DNA of 64,000 nucleotides from the NCBI GenBank assembly GCA_041655535.1, contig JBBAFH010000003.1, positions 72,910 through 136,909 on the forward strand. The letters are read 5' to 3'. Positions 44,265-56,709 of this stretch are shown one piece after another. Numbering within the stretch: position 1 is the first letter of the stretch; every line of letters begins with the position of its first letter. A program made the position numbers and the translations under genes. The notes beneath the pieces are model-generated. The model was not told the origin of the DNA. It worked only from the letters and a program-made list of their open reading frames with translations, and did no database searches. This DNA comes from Bacilli bacterium (GTDB taxonomy: Bacteria > Bacillota_I > Bacilli_A > RF39 > UBA660).

Positions 44265-44296
44265 TGGTCATGTTATAATAATGTAGAGGTGATTAT

Positions 44297-44500
44297 ATGT
44301 CAGAAAAAGATATTGACAAAGCTATTAATGAATCAGTTGCAAATGTCGAAACAGAAGATACTTATCATAATGAAGAAGAAATAAAAGAGATAAAAGAATC
44401 AATAATGAGAAACAAAACATCTTATAGCTTTCTAAAAAGATTGGTTGACCTTCATAGAGCGAAACATAAGGAAGATTATAATGATAAACGATCACGATAA
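44297..44500 (+). CDS. small acidic/basic protein overlapping the Fic gene start (candidate Fic partner/antitoxin)
   Basis: 67 aa. RBS AGAGGTG. The 3' end overlaps the Fic start by 20 nt, a typical toxin-antitoxin arrangement. Confidence 0.45.
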   Translation: MSEKDIDKAINESVANVETEDTYHNEEEIKEIKESIMRNKTSYSFLKRLVDLHRAKHKEDYNDKRSR

Positions 44501-45152
44501 GTGGGATAAAGTTATTAACTTTGAATCTCTGTATTGCTATCCTGGAACTGATATATTAATTAATAAGCTGGGTATAAAAGATAAACAACTATTAGAAAAT
44601 GTTGATCGGGGATTTTCTACTTTTAAATTGTCTAAAGTATATTTAAGAAAATTTACTGGTAATTTCGATTTAGAGCATTATTTAAGTATTCATAGATATG
44701 TATTTGAAGATTTATACTATTTTGCTGGTGAAATAAGAAACGAGAATATTCAAAAAAGTGGAATTCCTTTTTGTCGCCCAGAGTTTGTTGGGCAATATTT
44801 AGAATATACCCTTTTACAAATGAAAAAGGATTTGAGAAAAGTAGTTGATGAAAATTCGTTACTTGATTATCTTGCTTACTATTATGGCGAAATAGACATT
44901 ATTCACCCTTTTAGAGAGGGAAATGGACGTGTTCAAAGGGAGTTCTTTAGACAATATATGGAATATGTTAATTCTAAATTAAATATACCAAACTATACTT
45001 TTGAGTATAGCAAGTGGACCAAAGAAGATAAAAAACATCTTATTGAAGGATGTGTGGCAAGCGCGAAAACTGGTGATAAAAGTATATTAAAGCAAGTTTT
45101 AGCAAAATCTCTTGTACAGGTCGATGAAAAAGAACATAGAAAAACAAGATAA
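44481..45152 (+). CDS. Fic family protein (putative AMP/NMP-transferase)
   Basis: Canonical Fic motif HPFREGNGRVQREF. ATG 44481 with AAGGAAG 6 nt upstream. C-terminal KHLIEG resembles a degenerate inhibitory-helix motif. Confidence 0.75.
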   Translation: MINDHDKWDKVINFESLYCYPGTDILINKLGIKDKQLLENVDRGFSTFKLSKVYLRKFTGNFDLEHYLSIHRYVFEDLYYFAGEIRNENIQKSGIPFCRPEFVGQYLEYTLLQMKKDLRKVVDENSLLDYLAYYYGEIDIIHPFREGNGRVQREFFRQYMEYVNSKLNIPNYTFEYSKWTKEDKKHLIEGCVASAKTGDKSILKQVLAKSLVQVDEKEHRKTR

Positions 45153-45165
45153 TGGTGGTGGTTTA

Positions 45166-45864
45166 ATGGTTGATAATATCGAAATTTATAAAGCAATACT
45201 TGAGTATGAAAAAGAATTTTTGGATAACGGATATAATGGTGATTTAACTAAAACAACCTCCTTTACTTATATAAAAGGAACAATTCCCATCCTTTTGTCG
45301 GCACCCCATTCTGTTCAAAATTTTCGGAATGGCAAATATAAAAGTGCCGAATTGTTAACTGGTGGTTTAGTTAAAATCCTTCACCAATTAACTGGATGTC
45401 ACATTATATATAAGAACAAAAATGATGGATATGATTTTAATTATGATAAAAAAGGAACTGCAAATGATTATAAAAACAAAATTATTAACATTATTGATAA
45501 GGAACAAATAAAATTATTTTTTGATATTCATGGCATGAGTGAAGATAAATTTTTAGATATTGATTTAGGAACTGATTTTGACAATAATCTAAATAATTAT
45601 AATTCTATGCCTATGATTATAAAAACAATTTTTGAAAAGCAAGAAATAAGAAATATTGGGTTTGATCAAATTTTCACTGCAAAAGGAACTAGAACAATTA
45701 CAAAAAACACATCATTAAAAACAAAAATTCCATCTGTTCAAATGGAAATTAATAAATTATATAGGGATGTTGAAAACCCTGAGAATATTATTAAATTAAT
45801 AAATGCCTTGGAGAATATTGTGACCCATTTTAAAGACAAAAATATGTCGCAAAAGGACTTATAA
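45166..45864 (+). CDS. hypothetical protein, possible zinc amidohydrolase-like fold (LLSAPHS...E / DIHGMS)
   Basis: 232 aa from ATG 45166 with GGTGGTGG upstream. The motifs are only suggestive. Confidence 0.4.
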   Translation: MVDNIEIYKAILEYEKEFLDNGYNGDLTKTTSFTYIKGTIPILLSAPHSVQNFRNGKYKSAELLTGGLVKILHQLTGCHIIYKNKNDGYDFNYDKKGTANDYKNKIINIIDKEQIKLFFDIHGMSEDKFLDIDLGTDFDNNLNNYNSMPMIIKTIFEKQEIRNIGFDQIFTAKGTRTITKNTSLKTKIPSVQMEINKLYRDVENPENIIKLINALENIVTHFKDKNMSQKDL

Positions 45865-45902
45865 TGTAAGTCTTTTTATGTTATGATTAAATAGGTGGTA
45901 AA

Positions 45903-47987
45903 ATGAAGCTAGATAATTTAAATCCTCAACAACTTGAAGCAGTAATGACCACAGAAGGACCATTATTGGTACTAGCTGGTGCAGGTAGTGGTAAAACAAA
46001 AGTTTTAACAACACGTATTGCGTATTTAATAACCGTGAAGAATGTTCATCCTGGATCTATTTTAGCTATTACGTTTACAAATAAAGCGGCTAAAGAAATG
46101 AAGAATCGTGTTATAAATATTTTAGGACCTATGGCTCTTGACATTCAAATATCAACTTTTCACTCTTTTGGATTATTAATTGTAAAAGAACATTGTGAAA
46201 AATTGAACTATAAAAGAAACTTTACTATTTTAGATAGTTCCGATTCATTAACGATGATTAAAAAGGTGATGAAAGAATTAAATCTAGACCCTAAAGTTTA
46301 TAATCCTAAAGCAATTAAAAATATTATTAGTAGCAATAAAAACGAGCTAATTGATGCCGAGGGGTACAGTAAATTTGTTCATACCGACTTTGATGAAAAA
46401 GTTTTAGAAATATTTAGAAGATACGAAAGAAGATTATTTGAAGGTAATTCATTAGACTTTGATGATTTATTAATGTTGCCTTTAATATTATTTAGAAAAT
46501 ATCCTGATATTTTAAAAGAATATCAAGAAAGATATAAATATATTCTTATTGATGAATATCAAGACACTAACGAAGCACAGTATTTATTGACTAAATTAAT
46601 AAGTGCAAAATATCAAAACATTTGTGTTGTTGGTGATGAATCACAATCTATCTATTCTTTCAGAGGGGCAAACTTTAGAAATATTTTGAATTTTGAAAAA
46701 GATTATAAAGAACCTAAAGTAATATTACTAGAAAGGAATTATCGCTCAACTAAATATATTTTGAATGTAGCTAATGACATTATTAAAAATAATAGTCAGA
46801 GGAAAGATAAAAATTTATGGACTGATAATAATGCCGGATCAAAAGTTGTATATCATCAATCATTCAGTGAAAAAGACGAAGCATCATTTGTTGTTGAACA
46901 AGCTACCGAATTAATCAATGAAGGAATTAGCGGAGGAGATATTGCAGTTTTATATAGAACTAACGCCCAGTCAAGAAATTTGGAAGAAGCTTTCTTAAAA
47001 GTTCGCATTCCTTATAAAGTAGTTGGAAGTGTTTATTTTTATAATCGTAAAGAAATTAAAGATTTAATTGCCTATTTAAAAGTTATATATAATGAATCTG
47101 ATAACATTAATTTTTTAAGAGTTATTAATGTTCCAAAAAGAGGAATTGGAGATAAGACTATCGAGAGATTATCTAATAAAGCAATTGATGAAGAAACTTC
47201 TTTATATGGTGCAATTGACAGTGGTAAAGAATTAGAATTCAAAAAAATTATTGAGGATATAAAACTTAAAACTGAGAGTATGACTCTAACTGAATTAGTT
47301 GATTATGTTTTAGATAGAAGTGGGATGAGGCAGGAACTAATCAATGAAAAAACTATAGAATCAGAGATTAGATTAGAGAATCTTGAGGAATTCAAAACAA
47401 TTACTAAAGAATTTGAAGAAAGAAATGGTATAATATCATTAGAAGAATTTTTATATGAGATAAGTTTAGTAGCAGATGTTGAAGAATATAAGAATAATAA
47501 AGATGCAGTAACTTTAATGACTATTCATTCAGCCAAAGGATTAGAATTTGATTATGTCTTTATTGTTGGGCTTGAAGAAAGTATTTTCCCACATAGTAAT
47601 TCAAGTGATAGTTTAGATGAGATCGAAGAAGAACGTCGCTTATGTTATGTTGCTATTACTCGTGCGAAAGAAAAATTATGGCTAATAAATTCAAAGAGAA
47701 GAACAATCTATGGATTAACTAATCAAAATTTACCTAGTCGCTTTATTAGTGAAATAGATGAAGAAAATTTAGAGGTTGATGATTATAACCAACATTTTTC
47801 AACTAATGATTTTAGTAATTATATTGATAAGACTGCAGAATATAAAATAGGCGATAGTGTCATGCACGATGTTTTTGGTAAAGGACTTATTGTTGGTATT
47901 GATAGAGAAATATTAACGATTGCTTTTTCAAGACAATACGGTCTTAAAAAATTAATGAAAGGTCATAAAAGTATAAAGAAAGGATGA
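45903..47987 (+). CDS. pcrA: ATP-dependent DNA helicase PcrA/UvrD family
   Basis: Walker A AGAGSGKT, UvrD-helicase motifs, 694 aa. Confidence 0.85.
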   Translation: MKLDNLNPQQLEAVMTTEGPLLVLAGAGSGKTKVLTTRIAYLITVKNVHPGSILAITFTNKAAKEMKNRVINILGPMALDIQISTFHSFGLLIVKEHCEKLNYKRNFTILDSSDSLTMIKKVMKELNLDPKVYNPKAIKNIISSNKNELIDAEGYSKFVHTDFDEKVLEIFRRYERRLFEGNSLDFDDLLMLPLILFRKYPDILKEYQERYKYILIDEYQDTNEAQYLLTKLISAKYQNICVVGDESQSIYSFRGANFRNILNFEKDYKEPKVILLERNYRSTKYILNVANDIIKNNSQRKDKNLWTDNNAGSKVVYHQSFSEKDEASFVVEQATELINEGISGGDIAVLYRTNAQSRNLEEAFLKVRIPYKVVGSVYFYNRKEIKDLIAYLKVIYNESDNINFLRVINVPKRGIGDKTIERLSNKAIDEETSLYGAIDSGKELEFKKIIEDIKLKTESMTLTELVDYVLDRSGMRQELINEKTIESEIRLENLEEFKTITKEFEERNGIISLEEFLYEISLVADVEEYKNNKDAVTLMTIHSAKGLEFDYVFIVGLEESIFPHSNSSDSLDEIEEERRLCYVAITRAKEKLWLINSKRRTIYGLTNQNLPSRFISEIDEENLEVDDYNQHFSTNDFSNYIDKTAEYKIGDSVMHDVFGKGLIVGIDREILTIAFSRQYGLKKLMKGHKSIKKG

Positions 47988-47993
47988 TAAACG

Positions 47994-48158
47994 ATGAACA
48001 TTTTCGAAAAATTATATAAGTGGTTAGAAAAAGTTGTGGAACCACTTCGTGAGTTTATTTTCGAACATCATAATAATCCGGTATTCTGGCTTGCTATAAT
48101 TGTTGTAGTTATATTAGTGTTTTGGTTTACTTATGATGCATTAAGAAAGGAGAAATAA
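47994..48158 (+). CDS. small hydrophobic protein (54 aa) between pcrA and galU
   Basis: MNIFEKLYKWLEKVVEPLREFIFEHHNNPVFWLAIIVVVILVFWFTYDALRKEK, with one TM helix. It occupies the whole pcrA-galU gap. Below the ORF-track size cutoff. Confidence 0.35.
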   Translation: MNIFEKLYKWLEKVVEPLREFIFEHHNNPVFWLAIIVVVILVFWFTYDALRKEK

Positions 48159-48159
48159 A

Positions 48160-49017
48160 ATGTTAAAGATTAGAAAGGCTATTATTCCAATTGCAGGGAT
48201 GGGGACAAGATTTTTACCAATAACTAAGTCAAATGCTAAGGAAATGCTTCCGATAATCGATAAACCAATTATCCATCTTATTGTTGAGGATGCAATTAAA
48301 AGTGGAATTGAGGAAATTTTATTTATTACTAGTTCAACTAAAAAAACGGTTGAAGATTATTTTGATTTTAATTATGAGTTAGAGGCAAGGCTTGAAAAAA
48401 GTGGTAAAATGGAACAATTATCAATGGTTAAAGAAATAACTAACATGGGAAACTTTCATTTTATTAGACAAGGAGAACCACTAGGTACCGCGCATGCGAT
48501 ATCACTTGCTAAAACCTTTGTTGGTAATGAACCATTTGCTGTTCTTTATGGTGATAACCTAATCAAATCAATGACACCAGCGTTAAAACAATTGATTGAT
48601 ACATATGAAAAATATGATTGTAATGTGGTTGGGGTTCAAGAAGTACCAAAAGAAGAAATTTATAAATATGGAATTATGGATTATTATAATAGTGACAGTT
48701 TAAAAATTAAAGAGATGGTTGAAAAACCAGCGATTGGAACAGTTGAAAGTACAAGCGCTAGTCTTGGAATGTATATTTTAAAACCAGAAATATTTGAAGA
48801 GATTGAAAAGGTGGAAGCTAAAAATGGTGAATATTGTTTAACTGATGCAATGGAAACCTTAATAAATAAACAAGATTTTTATGCTTGTATTCTTGATGGA
48901 ACTTGGTACGATACTGGAAATCAAGTGGGTTTTTTAAAAGCAAACATTGCATATGCATTTGATAATCCATTATATAAAAAAGAAATTTTAGAACTTGTAA
49001 GAGAATTAGATAAGTAG
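48160..49017 (+). CDS. galU: UTP--glucose-1-phosphate uridylyltransferase
   Basis: 285 aa, AIIPIAGMGTRFLPITKSNAKEMLPI..., GEPLGTAHA. Confidence 0.85.
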   Translation: MLKIRKAIIPIAGMGTRFLPITKSNAKEMLPIIDKPIIHLIVEDAIKSGIEEILFITSSTKKTVEDYFDFNYELEARLEKSGKMEQLSMVKEITNMGNFHFIRQGEPLGTAHAISLAKTFVGNEPFAVLYGDNLIKSMTPALKQLIDTYEKYDCNVVGVQEVPKEEIYKYGIMDYYNSDSLKIKEMVEKPAIGTVESTSASLGMYILKPEIFEEIEKVEAKNGEYCLTDAMETLINKQDFYACILDGTWYDTGNQVGFLKANIAYAFDNPLYKKEILELVRELDK

Positions 49018-49044
49018 AAATATTTATCTATTTTCTTTATATAA

Positions 49045-51066
<2,022 letters not shown>

Positions 51067-51091
51067 TAAAGTATTTTTTACTACTTTAGAA

Positions 51092-51127
51092 AGATGATAA
51101 TTAAGGTAGACTTTTATCATCTTTTAT
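51092..51127 (+). terminator. Rho-independent terminator after ligA
   Basis: AGATGATAA-(13 nt)-TTATCATCT followed by a T-run. Confidence 0.45.
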
Positions 51128-51166
51128 ATTATAATAAATACCAATTTACCGGGAGGTGTATTATAA

Positions 51167-53506
51167 GTGAAAATGAATTTACCAGTAGTACTACTTAAAG
51201 GTATTGTCTTATTACCGAATAATGAAATTCGGTTAGAATTTGATAATACGGTAAGTAAAAGTGTTATAGATGTATCAGAATTATTTCATGACAATAATGT
51301 CCTAGTTGTAAGTCAAGAAAATTTATTGGAAGAATTTCCTAAAATAAGTGATTTACCACGAATCGGAGTTATTGCTAAAATAATTCATAAAATAGAGCTA
51401 CCAAATGGCAATGTTAGAGTTGTTATAAAAGGTAGTCGCCGTGGAAAAGTTCTTGAATATTTAAATTTAGAAAAGGGTTCAGATATTTTAGAAGCCATAG
51501 TTGTGGAACTTTTAGATACTGTAATTGATAAAAGTGAAGAATCAATTTTAACTAATAAACTTTATCGTGAAGTTGAAGAATATATCAAAGGTATTCCATA
51601 TATAAGTAATAATATTTTGGGTATTATCGAAAATGTGAATAGTTTATCTGAAATGACTGATGTATTGGCATCTTTCCTACCAACAAAGTTAGACAGAATT
51701 CAACAATATTTATATAGTAACGATGTTAAAAATCGTGCAAAAATGATTTTAACGGATATTGATGATGGCAAAAAAATATATGATATTGAGAAATCAATTG
51801 ATCAAAAAGTCAAACATGAAATAGATAATAATCAAAAAGAATATTTGTTAAGAGAAAAAATTAAGGCTATTAAAGAAGAACTTGGAGATATTTCATCTAA
51901 AGATGAAGAAATAGATAAGTTAAAAGAAAAAATTGAAACTTTAATAGCTCCAATACAAATAAAAGAAAGATTATCTAGTGAGATAAAAAGATACGAAAGC
52001 CTTTCACAAACTTCACCCGAGGCGAATATTGTAAGAAATTATATCGATTGGTTACTTAGTTTACCTTGGAGTGAAACGACTAAAGATAATGAAGACTTAA
52101 AAGATGTTCGTAAAAAACTGGATGCTTCACATTATGGTTTGGATAAGGTTAAAACACGTATTATTGAATATTTGGCGATTAAGCAAATGACTAATAGTTT
52201 AAAAAGCCCAATTATTTGTTTGGTTGGACCACCAGGTGTTGGTAAAACTAGTTTAGCATTTAGTATTGCTTCAGCTATCAACCGTAATTTTGTCAAAATG
52301 TCGGTTGGTGGGGTTCATGATGAAGCTGAAATAATTGGACATCGTCGAGCTTATATAGGTTCGAGTCCTGGTAGAATTATTCAGTCTCTTAAAAAAGCTA
52401 AAAGTATTAATCCTGTTTTCTTAATTGATGAAATAGATAAAATGACTAAAGACTTTCGTGGGGATCCTGCTAGTAGTTTGTTAGAGGTTTTAGATCCGGA
52501 ACAAAATCAGTTCTTTAGCGACAATTATATTGAAGAAGAATACGATTTATCAAATGTCATGTTTATTGCAACTGCAAATTACATTGAAGATATTCCTGAG
52601 GCTTTAAAAGATCGTTTAGAAATTGTTAATTTATCAGGATATACAGAATACGAGAAGTTAGATATTGCCAAACGACATTTAATTGGTAAAATATGTAAAA
52701 ATCATGGTATTGATTCTTCTAAAATATATTTTAGTGATGAAATATTGCTATATATAATTAGAGGATATACTAGAGAAGCTGGTGTTCGTGAATTAGAGCG
52801 TCAGTTGTCAAATATTATTAGGAAAATAGTTGCTGATATTGTTATTGCTAAAGTAGATTATGAAAAACATCGCATTACCATAAAACTAGCAAATAAACTT
52901 TTAGGTAAAGTAAAATACAATTTTTCTGAAATTAACAAATTATCAAAAGTTGGTGTAGTTAACGGATTAGCATATACAAGTTTTGGTGGTGACACATTAC
53001 CAATTGAAGTTAATTACTTTAAAGGAAGTGGTAATCTATTCCTTACAGGTTCACTTGGAGAAGTTATGAAGGAAAGTGCTCACATCGCACTTAGCTATAT
53101 CAAATCAAATTATAAGCAATTTGGAATTGATTATGAAAAATTAACCAAAAATGATATTCATATTCATGTTCCAGAAGGTGCAATTCCTAAAGATGGTCCA
53201 AGTGCGGGTATAACTTTAACTACCGCTTTAATCAGTGCTTTTACTAGTAAAAAAATTCCTGCCAATCTTGCCATGACCGGCGAAATCACTTTAAGAGGTA
53301 ATGTTTTACCAATTGGTGGTTTAAAGGAAAAGAGTATTGGTGCAAGTCGCAACGGAATTAAAAGAATTATTATTCCTTATGGTAACCTAAACGACTTGGA
53401 TGAAATACCTAAAGAAATTAAAAACAATATAGATTATATAGCAGTTAAAAACTACAAAGAAGTAATGCATATTATTGATGAGGAAAAAGTATTAAGTAAA
53501 GTATAA
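51167..53506 (+). CDS. lon: ATP-dependent Lon protease
   Basis: 779 aa. LON N-domain, Walker A GPPGVGKTS, and a proteolytic domain with a Ser-Lys dyad region PKDGPSAGIT. Confidence 0.9.
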   Translation: MKMNLPVVLLKGIVLLPNNEIRLEFDNTVSKSVIDVSELFHDNNVLVVSQENLLEEFPKISDLPRIGVIAKIIHKIELPNGNVRVVIKGSRRGKVLEYLNLEKGSDILEAIVVELLDTVIDKSEESILTNKLYREVEEYIKGIPYISNNILGIIENVNSLSEMTDVLASFLPTKLDRIQQYLYSNDVKNRAKMILTDIDDGKKIYDIEKSIDQKVKHEIDNNQKEYLLREKIKAIKEELGDISSKDEEIDKLKEKIETLIAPIQIKERLSSEIKRYESLSQTSPEANIVRNYIDWLLSLPWSETTKDNEDLKDVRKKLDASHYGLDKVKTRIIEYLAIKQMTNSLKSPIICLVGPPGVGKTSLAFSIASAINRNFVKMSVGGVHDEAEIIGHRRAYIGSSPGRIIQSLKKAKSINPVFLIDEIDKMTKDFRGDPASSLLEVLDPEQNQFFSDNYIEEEYDLSNVMFIATANYIEDIPEALKDRLEIVNLSGYTEYEKLDIAKRHLIGKICKNHGIDSSKIYFSDEILLYIIRGYTREAGVRELERQLSNIIRKIVADIVIAKVDYEKHRITIKLANKLLGKVKYNFSEINKLSKVGVVNGLAYTSFGGDTLPIEVNYFKGSGNLFLTGSLGEVMKESAHIALSYIKSNYKQFGIDYEKLTKNDIHIHVPEGAIPKDGPSAGITLTTALISAFTSKKIPANLAMTGEITLRGNVLPIGGLKEKSIGASRNGIKRIIIPYGNLNDLDEIPKEIKNNIDYIAVKNYKEVMHIIDEEKVLSKV

Positions 53507-53523
53507 AAACTTTACTTTTTTTC
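53495..53523 (+). terminator. terminator overlapping the lon stop
   Basis: AGTAAAGT-ataaaa-ACTTTACT followed by a T7 run. Confidence 0.5.
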
Positions 53524-53569
53524 ATATTTAAGAAATGTTTTCATATAATTAATTGAAACAGAGAGGGTG

Positions 53570-54313
53570 ATGTTTTTGAACAAAATAATTCCATTTAAAA
53601 AAGAGATTATTTTTAAAACCAATTTATCTGAAATAACAAGCATTTCACTTGAACATACATTACAAGTTGATAAAGATAATATGGTAACTGGAGAATTTAT
53701 TATTAGTGGTGATTATAAAATGGTTGATACTAGTGTAAACGTTGAGTCATTTTCTTTTAATGTACCATTTGAAGTTAGTATCGATGAGAGATATATAATT
53801 GATAATGTCGTTGTTGATATATATGATTTCTATTACGAAATAATTAATAATAATATATTATCAATTAATATTGAAGTCTTGATTGATCAATTGGAAGAAA
53901 AACCACTAATAGAAGAATCCAAAGAAGAATCTATACCAGAAGAACCCAAAATAGTGGAACCTAAAATTGAACAAATTTACGATTTAGAAGAAAAAGCTGA
54001 GGAAGTTAAAAATTCATATATTGAAGAATTAAGAGAAGCTGAAAAAGGAACAAATGATAGGGAAGAGGAAATTGAAATGGTTGGCAATAGAAATGAAGAA
54101 ATGACCAATTCATTATTTGATAATTTTGACAGTAGCAGTGAAACTTATACGACTTATAAAATTTATATTGTTAGAGAAGGGGATACTTTGGAGTTACTAA
54201 TTCAAAATTATGGTATTAGTAAGGAAGAATTAGGACTCTACAATAATATTAATGAAATAAGTGTCGGTGATAAGTTAATTATTCCATCAGTATCAAATGA
54301 AAAAAATCAATAG
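53570..54313 (+). CDS. SpoVID-like protein (N-terminal SPOCS/DUF3794-like region, acidic linker, C-terminal LysM domain)
   Basis: C-terminal YKIYIVREGDTLELLIQNYGISKEELGLYNNINEISVGDKLIIP is a LysM domain. It is followed by a YsxE/CotS-like gene, as in spoVID-ysxE. Confidence 0.5.
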   Translation: MFLNKIIPFKKEIIFKTNLSEITSISLEHTLQVDKDNMVTGEFIISGDYKMVDTSVNVESFSFNVPFEVSIDERYIIDNVVVDIYDFYYEIINNNILSINIEVLIDQLEEKPLIEESKEESIPEEPKIVEPKIEQIYDLEEKAEEVKNSYIEELREAEKGTNDREEEIEMVGNRNEEMTNSLFDNFDSSSETYTTYKIYIVREGDTLELLIQNYGISKEELGLYNNINEISVGDKLIIPSVSNEKNQ

Positions 54314-55196
54314 TGCATTAGAAAGATATAATTTAAAAGCAAATAGATACCGTTTTGTTGGCAAGGCTGTAATAGTTGAAACAGAAGAAGGTAAATATGT
54401 TTTAAAACCGAAACTTCGAGATGAAAATAGTGACATCTATCATTATTTAAATTCTAGAAGTTTTAATTATTATCCTAATATTATTAGTTCTAAAGATGAT
54501 GATTATGAAATAATGGAATATCAAGAAGAAGTCGAAATGCCACTAGATCAAAAAATGATTGATATGATAAATTTAGTAAGCCTTCTTCATAGTAAAACAA
54601 CATATTATAAGGAGGTAGACGAATCAGATTATAAAAAAATATACGAGGATGTTACCAATAATATTGAATATTTATATGGTTATTATAATGATTTAGCTAC
54701 TCATATTGAAACAAAAGTATATATGAGTCCTTCTGAATATACACTTATTAGAAATATTTCTAAAGTCTATTCAGCACTTAGTTTTTGTAAGCAGGAAATA
54801 GAAGAGTGGTATAAATTAATAAAAGAAAAACGAAAACAAAGATTTGTTATTCTCCATAATCACTTAGAAATAGAACATTTTATTAAAAATAAAAATTCGT
54901 ATTTAATTAGTTGGAATAAAGCTAAAGAAGGTATCCCCATTTTTGATATATATAAATTATATCGTAAACATAGTTTAGATTATGAGTTTTCTGAAATTCT
55001 TAAACAGTATGAAAAGGGTTATCCTTTATTGGAAGAAGAAAGAAAATTGTTGTTTATTTTAATTTCTTTGCCAGACAAAATAGAATTTGGTGGTAGCGAA
55101 TATGATATATGTAGGGAAGTTAGCAAAAAAATGGATTTCTTATATAAAACCGATTTTTTAGTTACCCCGTATTATTCTAAGAAAGTGAAAAATTAA
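54297..55196 (+). CDS. CotS/YsxE-like spore-coat-associated kinase-fold protein
   Basis: 299 aa. Position downstream of the SpoVID-like gene, with overlap. The family call is by context plus weak similarity. Confidence 0.4.
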   Translation: MKKINSALERYNLKANRYRFVGKAVIVETEEGKYVLKPKLRDENSDIYHYLNSRSFNYYPNIISSKDDDYEIMEYQEEVEMPLDQKMIDMINLVSLLHSKTTYYKEVDESDYKKIYEDVTNNIEYLYGYYNDLATHIETKVYMSPSEYTLIRNISKVYSALSFCKQEIEEWYKLIKEKRKQRFVILHNHLEIEHFIKNKNSYLISWNKAKEGIPIFDIYKLYRKHSLDYEFSEILKQYEKGYPLLEEERKLLFILISLPDKIEFGGSEYDICREVSKKMDFLYKTDFLVTPYYSKKVKN

Positions 55197-55418
55197 CAAA
55201 ATAATTGCTGCTAATATAATTAGTTTAAAAAAATTTTTAATAACGATAATGATTAATAAGTAAATAAGAATTCCCGTTATTAATTTCGTTATATTAATTG
55301 ACATATAATCACCTACTATAATTTATTCAAGAGAATAGATTATGAATAGGTAACTTGTAAACTTATATTGAAAGATATAAGTTTTTAAATACATATAAGT
55401 TGTAAAAGAGGCCGAAAA

Positions 55419-56693
55419 ATGATATTCTATTATATAGATAGTAGTGGTGATTGTGTGGAAAATAAAAAACGTAAAAAATTGATTGTAGGGTTACTAATAC
55501 TAATTATGTTTATTTTTTTAACAAGTCTTTTTTTGATTATAAATAAGGACAGTAAGATGGTAAATTTGAAAGATAAAACAATTTCAGAAATAAAAAAATA
55601 CGCTAAAGCTGAAGATTTAATACTTGAAATTAAAGAAGAATATCATAAAAAAATATTAAAAGGTAAAGTTATTAGTCAAAATGTTTTGCCTGGTACTGTT
55701 TTAGAAAAAAAGCAAAAATTAATTATTACAATTTCACTTGGAAAAATGGATAAATTATATTATGAAAAGAATAAGGTTAATGAATTAGGTAACATCCCAA
55801 TAATGATGTATCACGGAATTCAAAATTTGAAAAATGATGATACAGCTTACATTGGTGGGAACGTTGACAGAGATGGATATCAAAGGACGGTTGAGGCCTT
55901 TAAAAATGATTTAGAGTTTTACTATCAAAAAGATTATAGAATGATTAGATTAAATGATTATGTTAATGGTATAATAGATGTAGAAGTAGGTAAAAGTCCA
56001 ATTGTTTTATCTTTTGATGATGGACTCAAAAACAATATAAGGGTTACTGGATTAGACGAAAAAGAAAATATTATTATTGATCCTAATAGTGCTGTTGGAG
56101 TTTTAGAGACTTTTAAGAAAAAATATCCAGATTTTAATGTTACAGCTACATTTTTTCTAAATGGTGGATTATTTGAACAACCAGAGTATAACAAAAAAAT
56201 ACTAAATTGGTTAATTGATAATGGTTATGATATTGGAAACCATAGTTATGGACATGCTAATTTAACTAATATTGGTACTGCAGAGACCGAAAAAGAAATT
56301 GGTCGTTTATATAATTTGCTCAAAGATAAAATAAAGGATAAATACATAAAAATAGTTGCTCTTCCTTTTGGTTCACCTTACGAAACAATTCATCCGAACT
56401 TTAAGCATATATTAAGCGGAAATTATGAAGGAAAAAAATATGAAACAATTGCAACTTTAAGAGTAGGTTGGGAAAGTGAGTACTCGCCTTTTAACAAAAA
56501 TTTTGATCAAACATTTTTAAAAAGAATAAGGGCTTATGATAATTTAGGTACAGAATTTGATATTGAACATAATTTTAAAATGTTAGAAAAGACTCGTTAT
56601 ATTTCTGATGGTGACAAAGAAACGATTGTTATACCCAAAGAAAAAAAAGATAAATTACAAGAAAAGACATTTTTAGAAGTGATTACTTATTAA
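55419..56693 (+). CDS. membrane-anchored polysaccharide deacetylase (NodB homology domain)
   Basis: N-terminal TM. VLSFDDG and HSYGH motifs. 424 aa. Confidence 0.75.
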   Translation: MIFYYIDSSGDCVENKKRKKLIVGLLILIMFIFLTSLFLIINKDSKMVNLKDKTISEIKKYAKAEDLILEIKEEYHKKILKGKVISQNVLPGTVLEKKQKLIITISLGKMDKLYYEKNKVNELGNIPIMMYHGIQNLKNDDTAYIGGNVDRDGYQRTVEAFKNDLEFYYQKDYRMIRLNDYVNGIIDVEVGKSPIVLSFDDGLKNNIRVTGLDEKENIIIDPNSAVGVLETFKKKYPDFNVTATFFLNGGLFEQPEYNKKILNWLIDNGYDIGNHSYGHANLTNIGTAETEKEIGRLYNLLKDKIKDKYIKIVALPFGSPYETIHPNFKHILSGNYEGKKYETIATLRVGWESEYSPFNKNFDQTFLKRIRAYDNLGTEFDIEHNFKMLEKTRYISDGDKETIVIPKEKKDKLQEKTFLEVITY

Positions 56694-56709
56694 AATAGGA
56701 GATGATTTT

